DNA of 64,000 nt from a virus. Taxonomy: Duplodnaviria; Caudoviricetes. The first letter of the stretch is position 1. Every line of letters starts with the position of its first letter. Below the pieces are notes generated by a model. The model did not search any database. It was not told where the DNA came from and saw only the letters and a program-made list of their open reading frames with translations. Location: the IMG/VR virus record IMGVR_UViG_3300028591_000086, positions 32,001-96,000 of that record; one strand, 5' to 3'. Of this stretch, positions 57,501-64,000 are shown in pieces. A program made the translations under genes and the position numbers.

Positions 57501-60500
57501 TCCAATGGGAATTTTTCATCTATTAATTCAGTATAAGCTTCTACAGAATCACTAGTAGTATGTGCACCATTAGCAGTAGAAACAATTCCGTTATTTACAG
57601 GATTTTTACCACCAATATATGTTTTCTTAGATGAAGTATTAAAGTTTTCAATATATTCATCTTTATTATATTTCTTACCAATAATGTTTGTTTCTATTTC
57701 ATCAAATTGAAGATTTAATAATCTTTCATTTCCATTATTAATATAACCCTTAGCTGGTATCCACCATGCTTTAATCATATCATATGGAGATTCAAATATA
57801 CTATATCTATCAATTATGTCATAACCATAACCAACATTACGCTTTTTAATATTATCATATGCTGATACTGTGTTGTTATATTTTAGTCCATTGCGAATCT
57901 CAGAAACTTGACCTATTCGTTTTTGATTACCGTCTACAGATGATATAGATTCAAATAAACCAAATTCATTTACCAAAGTTCCTTCAATAGCAACTATACG
58001 ACCCTTACCTTCATAATCGATATAATAATCAGGATTATTAACGACATTTTTAGCAAATATAGAATGATTATGCATTTTATGGATAGTTCGTCCGTTTCTA
58101 ATAAATTCGAGTTTAGCAAAAGATCTATCATTTAATACTTTACTACCGAAATTATCAAAAACGTATCTTAAGTCTTTTTTATTCTTACTTAATGGAACGA
58201 TCACATAATTACTTGTGTTATCTGCCATTATAATACAATTTATTTTATCAAATGTTCCTAATCCATCACACCTTAAAATACTCATATATGTATCAGCATA
58301 TATGCCTATTTTTTCAACATTCTGTTCTTTTTGAACAAAATGATCTTTATTAGTTATTATTGGATATTTAACATCTGATAACTTATCTTTAATAGTAGCA
58401 GCAATAATACCATCTATATTTTTACCGAAAATACAATTAATATTTTGTGTCGCATCTGTGTTACTATCGTGTGACATATCTGTAAGATATTCACTAGTTT
58501 TTATATTGTTTCTAAAGATCGCCTTATTGGTTGCATCTTGGAAATAAGGTTCTATATAGAATTTAGCATCTATTTCACTAGGAAGAGTATTTAAGCATTC
58601 TATTTTGATTTGATATTTGGCAACATCTGAACCAGTAAATCTTTGAATAAATGTCATAAAATCTCTAGAATAATTTACGTTACCGTTAAGTGAATTGTTA
58701 CCACCATTATCACGTACGATAACTTTATGATTATTATCTAGTTTTGAAGTATATAATTCAAAGATCTCATCTTCAAATCCATCAATAGCCAATACTCTTA
58801 AGAATGGTTCAATTGTTCTAGTTTCATCATCTGTCTTGCTCATACCAACAGATTTCTCTGTTTCGTATAAAATGAATTTACCATTCGTTATATCAGATAT
58901 AAGAACTCTATATCTTAATGTATATTGTTTGGATATTACATCGGTTTCTAATGCATTAGTATTATTCATTTTTAATCTAATAGCAATAGCATTCGGTAAA
59001 TTATTATTTGAACCATTTCCTAATTCAACTTGAATACTTCTCCACGCATTACTTATTGCTCGAATAGGAGTATTCTTTAATGTATCATATATTCTATATG
59101 AATGAATAGAATTAGTATGCTCAATAAGCGTAGATGACGTATTATATAGTGCTATGTAAACTTTATTATCTTCTTTATCGAAAGCAATTATTCTTCCATA
59201 AGAATCAAATGTATTTATTACTTTAGCAGAATGCTCAAGATATTCACCATATCTATTATGATTAATAGATACTAATATACTTCTTCCTTTGGTTTTAAGG
59301 AAACAATTATTTCTATATCCATTAATGAGCAATACCGAATTAGTACCTTTATTGTTTACTTCGAAAAAGAATTTATCAGGATTATTAACGTTTACATCTA
59401 TACCACAATAATCTAGATCCACTTCATAATCATAAATGTTATAAAGAGTAGATAATGATGTGTCTGTGTAATTAAAATCAATTATATGCAATTTATATGA
59501 TTCATTAATTATAATACCGACTAAGAATATTATATCATTTTCATTTGTATAAAAACATAAATTCTTAAGATCTATATTATAATTTTCAAATTTATTATCG
59601 ATATAATCAAAAAATTTAGACCAATATGGATCATTTTCATCTATATTAATAAATATTTTTTTACCAGAACTTTCATTATATGAAATAAATCGACAAGTTT
59701 CATTAGTTAGTATTATTGAATTATCCGATCTAATATTATATACATCATATCTATTATTATCATTCATAACCGCAAATATATCGCTGTTATTAGATGTGAT
59801 TCCAGCATATTTTAAAGAATCTATAGATTCTTGATTATAATATTTTTCAAATTTATACCAATAAAGTTCATTACCACGAGAATATAATAAATAAGTATTT
59901 CTATCTCGTCCTATGTTCATTATAACATAAAGGTTACCGTTTTTAGTAACAATTCCCCTAGGCATACACTGAACATATTCTATTGTTCCTGAATCATCGG
60001 TTATTGGTAAAACTTCTTCATTATGCACATTTGTTATAGTATCAAATGATAATCCACCATCATTAGATACATAACAAATATCTAAAGCGTTATTTATTTT
60101 CCAAACATATCTACCATTTTTAAAAATAAAAGATGATGATTGATAATATGCATTAAAAATTTCATCATCTTCTGACGGTGGATACATTGGTGTCTTTTCA
60201 CTCAATTCACCTTTAGATACGCGTATCAATAAAGAAGATAAATAATCAAATCTAGTTTGACGTCTAGCTATGTAATATAACTTACTTGTTGTAGGTACAA
60301 GCAATTCATTATTTTCTATAGAGAAAGTAAAAGCTACATTATTAGAACCTGAAATAAAAATCTTACCTCTATTATCTGAAACAATAGCATTTATCTCGGT
60401 ATTCTCAGCAATATCTTCACCAGTGTAAAAATAACCTGGACCAACTAAAACATTTGTGTTAGATCCTTTATAACCAGTAATTCCACCATTAACCAAATCA

Positions 60501-63079
60501 ATAGAAAATATTCTACCAGATTCACCAGTTACAAATGCAACTGTACCAATACGAATTACTGTTTTCAAAGATTTATTGTTAGAAGCAGACCCATCATCAT
60601 ATATACCTGGACCGAATCCTGAGCCATTATGTAAAACAATTTTACCAAGACAATTTGTCCATACCCCAGTTGAGAGATTACAACTAAATATTTCACCCAA
60701 ATTGGTAAATACTATAAGTTTACCATTATTATAATTTATAAAACTTATTATATTACCATTAGTTTTAATAGCTTCATCATCATCAACGTATCTTCCATTA
60801 AAGAAAATATTTGAATCATATTGTGATATATTTTCATTTGCAGTATTGTATGGAGTCCATTTGAATGTAGATAATGAACAACTGGATACTCTACCAAAAT
60901 CACCCATTACTATAAGATTAATTCCATCAGTAGTTATACAATTTATTGACACATTTCCTATAGCATTATCGCCTTTAGTAATAGCATATTTAGTTTTATC
61001 AACCTCAGAATAATCTCTAGAAGTAATATCTGCAGTATGATATGTATTATTGTTAAAATCGTATGCCGAAACATATCCAGATTTATCTGCCATATATAAA
61101 ATTTTATATGCTGGTATGTAGACCATTGCATTGATTCTACTACCTGACTTAGTATTATAAACTAAACTACTTTCATAAAGATTATATCCTAATTTAGATA
61201 TTAATTCATTTTTATTAATCTTAAGAATAGAATAATTACTTAAAGCGATGAATAAATCATTATCTGATATATTTTCATATATAGCGGTAATCTCTATATT
61301 ATTAGTAAAACTAGCATAACAATGCTTAGAAGGATCATTAAAATTCCATTCACCAGTTTCAATATCACAATAAGCTATCTTACCAGTCTTAGTTATACAA
61401 TATAAGATTCCTTTATCATTCTCATCTTGTTTATCGATGAAATTATAGATAAAATCATCGTAACCTTGATCTGTATATTGAGATGAAGTGATATTAGCTG
61501 TCTTATTAAATACATAACCTAATCTATCTTCAGAAATAATATTTCTAAGATTAATTAATCTATCTGCATATCTTGTAGGTGCTTGAACTACGTTACCATA
61601 AAGTTCTGTAGCAGATTCATCAGTTTTTGCACAATAGAGATAAATGTTATCTCTAAGCATATACAAATAACCAAATTCGTCTATAAGATAGAGTCCCTTA
61701 TTTTCTAAAAAACTATAATCTGCAATACCTATTCTGTTTTTTCGAGTATCTAATCTTACATCAAATTTTTTATCTTGTGTTATTGAATCAAAATACCAAA
61801 TATTAGAATTAGTAACTACATATATACCTACTTTATTAGAACCGCCAATATTATCAGATTTAAACATATTTACTATCTGATTATCAGTATTGAATCTTGG
61901 ATCGTTCTCAGGGAAAGAATTAAACGTAATACTAGCAAAAAGATTTAATAGATCTATAGAACCATTACTGGTCGTTTCATATGCAACTAATCTAGTATTG
62001 TTATTATTTATATTCTCTGGGAAAATAAGCCTATCATTAAACTCAATAACGTTTGTTATTTTGTTATTAAATGTATGAACTTTAACGTTCATATTATCAG
62101 GCAATTCAGTATATTCTAAGTCTATCAATTTAAATCTTATTATACTATTATCTATATAAGCATAATAAAAATCTTTAATGTTATTGCTTTCTACAACTTT
62201 AAGTTTGTCATTAAAAAGAATATTTCCTTCTATATAGAAAGTAGAAGCCCCTGATACTTCAGAAATTATAAAATTAACATCATCATATTTGAAGATCTTA
62301 ACTTCATAAATGCCAGATTCATCATTTATATTTCCAACTATTTCAGATGGATCAATTAATGATAAATCAGCTTCAGACATTTTCTTCGTAATAACAAAAA
62401 TATAAATCTTATTCTTGTCTTTAACTGTAAATAATGAATGAAACGAAGATTCTTCCGTAATATTTGGGATTATCTTATTATCAAGATAATAAATATAGAT
62501 ATCTTTAGTAGTATAATCTACATCATACAAAACATTTTCGTTAGTAATATAAATGTATCTACTATTAGATAATTCAAGTATATCACTTTCACTAGTGATA
62601 TTTATTGCACAGAATTTATGTTCTACAGGAGAAGCATTACTGTACTGATCTGAATAATGGAATTTCCAATAACTAGATACTTGTCCTATTTCATTATTAA
62701 TAAAATTATTAACTGTATACGAGTTAGAAATTCCTTCGTTTTCAAGAGAATGAATTCTGGAATAGAATTTAGTCACATAGTCAGAATATCTATCCATCAT
62801 CTCCTGATATTTAGGATGTGATACTATCAGATTATCAGACGAACTTGCTATAAAGTCATTTGTTGCAGTAGCTTGTTCTGTTCTCGAATTGTTAAGATAA
62901 TTAATTTGAGAATCAACCCAAGCGTGCATAGATCTTACATCGTTAAAAAGGTCTGTTAAATCTGTTAAAATTTTGTTCTTTATATTGCTATAATAGGTTT
63001 GCAATATAGGTAATTTGTTCTTTGAAACTAATAGATCAAAGTACAATTTATTTATTTCGTTGGTTGTACCGCCTTCCAT
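54563..63079 (-). CDS. Giant virion protein with WD-like propeller repeats, putative tail appendage or baseplate protein (2838 aa)
   Basis: Repeated G-(K/R/E)-(I/V)-x-(S/Y)-x-(D/N/S)-(I/L)-x-(T/N)...W/G units, N-terminal coiled coil and Ig-like C-terminus. Late promoter AACA-TTATAA-TA at 63115-63126. Confidence 0.6.
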   Translation of the reverse strand: MEGGTTNEINKLYFDLLVSKNKLPILQTYYSNIKNKILTDLTDLFNDVRSMHAWVDSQINYLNNSRTEQATATNDFIASSSDNLIVSHPKYQEMMDRYSDYVTKFYSRIHSLENEGISNSYTVNNFINNEIGQVSSYWKFHYSDQYSNASPVEHKFCAINITSESDILELSNSRYIYITNENVLYDVDYTTKDIYIYYLDNKIIPNITEESSFHSLFTVKDKNKIYIFVITKKMSEADLSLIDPSEIVGNINDESGIYEVKIFKYDDVNFIISEVSGASTFYIEGNILFNDKLKVVESNNIKDFYYAYIDNSIIRFKLIDLEYTELPDNMNVKVHTFNNKITNVIEFNDRLIFPENINNNNTRLVAYETTSNGSIDLLNLFASITFNSFPENDPRFNTDNQIVNMFKSDNIGGSNKVGIYVVTNSNIWYFDSITQDKKFDVRLDTRKNRIGIADYSFLENKGLYLIDEFGYLYMLRDNIYLYCAKTDESATELYGNVVQAPTRYADRLINLRNIISEDRLGYVFNKTANITSSQYTDQGYDDFIYNFIDKQDENDKGILYCITKTGKIAYCDIETGEWNFNDPSKHCYASFTNNIEITAIYENISDNDLFIALSNYSILKINKNELISKLGYNLYESSLVYNTKSGSRINAMVYIPAYKILYMADKSGYVSAYDFNNNTYHTADITSRDYSEVDKTKYAITKGDNAIGNVSINCITTDGINLIVMGDFGRVSSCSLSTFKWTPYNTANENISQYDSNIFFNGRYVDDDEAIKTNGNIISFINYNNGKLIVFTNLGEIFSCNLSTGVWTNCLGKIVLHNGSGFGPGIYDDGSASNNKSLKTVIRIGTVAFVTGESGRIFSIDLVNGGITGYKGSNTNVLVGPGYFYTGEDIAENTEINAIVSDNRGKIFISGSNNVAFTFSIENNELLVPTTSKLYYIARRQTRFDYLSSLLIRVSKGELSEKTPMYPPSEDDEIFNAYYQSSSFIFKNGRYVWKINNALDICYVSNDGGLSFDTITNVHNEEVLPITDDSGTIEYVQCMPRGIVTKNGNLYVIMNIGRDRNTYLLYSRGNELYWYKFEKYYNQESIDSLKYAGITSNNSDIFAVMNDNNRYDVYNIRSDNSIILTNETCRFISYNESSGKKIFINIDENDPYWSKFFDYIDNKFENYNIDLKNLCFYTNENDIIFLVGIIINESYKLHIIDFNYTDTSLSTLYNIYDYEVDLDYCGIDVNVNNPDKFFFEVNNKGTNSVLLINGYRNNCFLKTKGRSILVSINHNRYGEYLEHSAKVINTFDSYGRIIAFDKEDNKVYIALYNTSSTLIEHTNSIHSYRIYDTLKNTPIRAISNAWRSIQVELGNGSNNNLPNAIAIRLKMNNTNALETDVISKQYTLRYRVLISDITNGKFILYETEKSVGMSKTDDETRTIEPFLRVLAIDGFEDEIFELYTSKLDNNHKVIVRDNGGNNSLNGNVNYSRDFMTFIQRFTGSDVAKYQIKIECLNTLPSEIDAKFYIEPYFQDATNKAIFRNNIKTSEYLTDMSHDSNTDATQNINCIFGKNIDGIIAATIKDKLSDVKYPIITNKDHFVQKEQNVEKIGIYADTYMSILRCDGLGTFDKINCIIMADNTSNYVIVPLSKNKKDLRYVFDNFGSKVLNDRSFAKLEFIRNGRTIHKMHNHSIFAKNVVNNPDYYIDYEGKGRIVAIEGTLVNEFGLFESISSVDGNQKRIGQVSEIRNGLKYNNTVSAYDNIKKRNVGYGYDIIDRYSIFESPYDMIKAWWIPAKGYINNGNERLLNLQFDEIETNIIGKKYNKDEYIENFNTSSKKTYIGGKNPVNNGIVSTANGAHTTSDSVEAYTELIDEKFPLENWKGWEWAKMCFIRKWRKVFTDKHIEYLYEVEAPSAAEKITTNSGSRVDITNTVTCAFTSVPYNNEDFAKSEVIRLKNAIKPSFDRQLYYYSDVHDREVIDERRDTYEGISTETFKRASAWYYKSHRWLVILDEKLVVRHETIFDGNPEKDLYRENKNLARMSDAEFDRLISDESIVTREWLVRSSTDSVNTDNVELLHHDSKYELDNGAIKPHQLDDINDSLSVEWNRYFNEAMYPPTATTEVRTIGNRIMEINLPLTYEVVDAEISNESMSYDNSATSKPSYTKIIRYKLGIDKFGDENNLYGTYVKSRDLLYSDGSIVNNDDLFGYLNNWNDTPQQSLDVIRLKFEGLRESIILTNNNYVAPHNNNTLYNTTVNTYDYNYGVGAIIPYYEEDNKYSTIKTEHNISFRVRQYLSDLGNRQNSSRFIDYKDFVYNYTIKSDSDNKPVLTLVGPSPDKSANGVATLEQISGDSNVALLERYCGKSTQKYLYSKKFIFKINNLIKNSGYNNVTKELIIWSVKDSKFSTTLLEQINQLHIDSSDRFDRNDWKTSVYADRFSFITLNKDQHYPKALEESGVVDRIFIKQLFRKELNTEKDIQWSRYISLYNKTVATYPIKSNNFYPQEYNYLELFNNKLIPEMVTKNIDSRYCWVHLVNGSLNNKNMFVTTDDDTGLSYNVSGEFCYQWTDGSIKRIQFTLDDNITLRDLYEKGFITEYSARTERIVRHENDDYFDKIVTITVTGENLDNRNSWSNSVKSATLFASEVLEYAETTDTIGNNTDIASTSTWLPGGTTAPESNSGIGMQEPYDGTGVERNETYTVRYDMLNMHPEGLSEVGTDIATRYINYNKKLVANDGYKLPNTINVSIGTTGTTENYIYDRRVVKDREFVYDVDTALRVLVNSLNGALGIADVEDCIFDGFSLDGEHILTSAEIDNYTIPASTYFRLYFMFTSMKEATLTIAGENVTDNITIYANAIIKE

Positions 63080-63149
63080 ATTTAACCACCTATTAAATTA
63101 TATGATATTTAAGCTATTATAATGTTTTTGTTTTAGCTATTTAGATAAA

Positions 63150-63227
63150 AAACAAAAAAATAAGAAGGAGCCATTTGGCTCCTTCCTATCTAGCTATATT
63201 TCGTAGATTGCGCGCAGTCTACGAAAT
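63150..63227 (-). terminator. Double hairpin and terminator after the 61-aa gene
   Basis: ATTTCGTAGA / TCTACGAAAT (63198-63227), then GAAGGAGCC / GGCTCCTTC (63165-63186) with a minus-strand U-tract. Confidence 0.8.
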
Positions 63228-63230
63228 TAA

Positions 63231-63416
63231 CTATTCACCCTTCTTTCCGAAGAGTCTAGGGATAAAGATAGCTGCTGCTGCACCTACACCTGCAACAGCT
63301 ACGTAACTTGTTGCTTTAAGGGTTACGCGTACTGCTTTCTTAGAAAGCAGTTTCTTTACTTTTCCAGGTTCTTGTTCTTTTGTTACAACTTCAGTTGTTT
63401 CGTTTGTATCAGCCAT
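63231..63416 (-). CDS. Small early membrane protein (61 aa)
   Basis: AAGGAGG RBS, C-terminal hydrophobic helix VAVAGVGAAAAIFIP, and TATATTAT at 63483-63490. Confidence 0.8.
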   Translation of the reverse strand: MADTNETTEVVTKEQEPGKVKKLLSKKAVRVTLKATSYVAVAGVGAAAAIFIPRLFGKKGE

Positions 63417-63511
63417 TTTTGGCCTCCTTAAATAGAATATTTAAAGGTTCTAAGTTAATTCCTTTCCCCTTTATTCATAATAATAATATATACAAGAAAC
63501 CCCCTATTAAA

Positions 63512-63724
63512 TAAAAAAAGAAGCGATTCGTATCACGAATACATTAAGCGATTAATACTAATCATGCACTTCAATACCGATTTTTTTCATCTGGAGGTTC
63601 TCGGCTAATATGGCTAACCTTGTTTGGAGGATGGATAAAACCAAACATTGTTAGATATTGTGTGTATAAGGGTTTGGACCTTAAACGAATATCTTTAATA
63701 TTCTTACACACGTATTTTCATAGC
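63512..63724 (-). ncRNA. Candidate late-expressed structured non-coding RNA (~210 nt)
   Basis: Late promoter AACA-TAGTTA-TG at 63724-63735, four consecutive helical domains and a 3' U-tract. No RBS-led ORF on this strand. Confidence 0.6.
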
Positions 63725-63891
63725 ATAACTATGTTTATCTAATATATTTTTTTACACAACATAATACATATTATGCATGAATTTTTTTAGATTGTTTAAA
63801 TACACAGCTATCCTTAAGCAATACATATTTTAAAACATACCCAACTATAATTCCTGCTTGGATCTTAGTTATGAATCACGATATATCTCAT

Positions 63892-64000
63892 TTAATTTAA
63901 TACAAAAGATATTTTATACGAGTCTTTTTCATCATCTCGTTCATATTTAAAATCTTTATATCCTTTTCCACTGAATTCTTTATAATTAATGAAACTCGAT
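63892..64000 (-). CDS. C-terminus of a gene entering from the right edge (...ERDDEKDSYKISFVLN*)
   Basis: Open frame from the window edge to TAA at 63892-63894. Confidence 0.55.
   Translation of the reverse strand, partial: SSFINYKEFSGKGYKDFKYERDDEKDSYKISFVLN

Noticed and set aside
63592-63654. Plus-strand GGAGG with a 14-codon ORF, or a CsrA-sponge reading of the GGA motifs
   Set aside because: No plus-strand promoter or terminator was found, and G-U pairs, the promoter and the U-tract all favour the minus strand. Not fully excluded.
1-64000. Stop-codon reassignment, introns or inteins in the polymerase, terminase, helicase or gyrB
   Set aside because: Genes are long and uninterrupted in the standard code, all three stop codons are used, and no intein or intron-like interruptions were seen.
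1-64000. CRISPR array, tRNA genes, diversity-generating retroelement
   Set aside because: No regularly spaced repeats or cloverleafs were seen and no reverse transcriptase is present. The GT repeats are identical rather than adenine-mutated.
1-64000. Claim of a phage nucleus (chimallin) or a uracil-substituted genome
   Set aside because: No diagnostic genes lie in this window, and promoter similarity to AR9 alone is not sufficient.

Overview
AT-rich (roughly one quarter GC by eye), gene-dense segment of a tailed jumbo bacteriophage related to the phiKZ/AR9/PBS1 group, read in the standard genetic code. It carries a polymerase-only half of a split family B DNA polymerase, tail tube and sheath, large terminase, a two-gene glycosyltransferase cassette, a SNF2-type helicase, a free-standing PD-(D/E)xK endonuclease, a probable major capsid protein, GyrB, a gp25-like baseplate protein and three giant (2,665-2,838 aa) beta-propeller-rich proteins. 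Operons are bounded by strong hairpin terminators. Two phage promoter classes can be read from the intergenic DNA: early TATATTA(T/C) and late (A/G)AC(A/T)-N6-T(A/G). The most unusual signals are non-coding. First, a ~95-nt leader occurs twice, 18 kb apart, ahead of unrelated small early genes, and its differences include compensatory base-pair swaps. Second, a ~210-nt highly structured unit with its own late promoter and U-tract, and no credible ORF, lies near the right end. A tandem GT2 gene with two identical 365-bp donor-binding modules on divergent acceptor halves also stands out. All family assignments come from motif recognition by eye, not from database searches. The host cannot be determined from this window.
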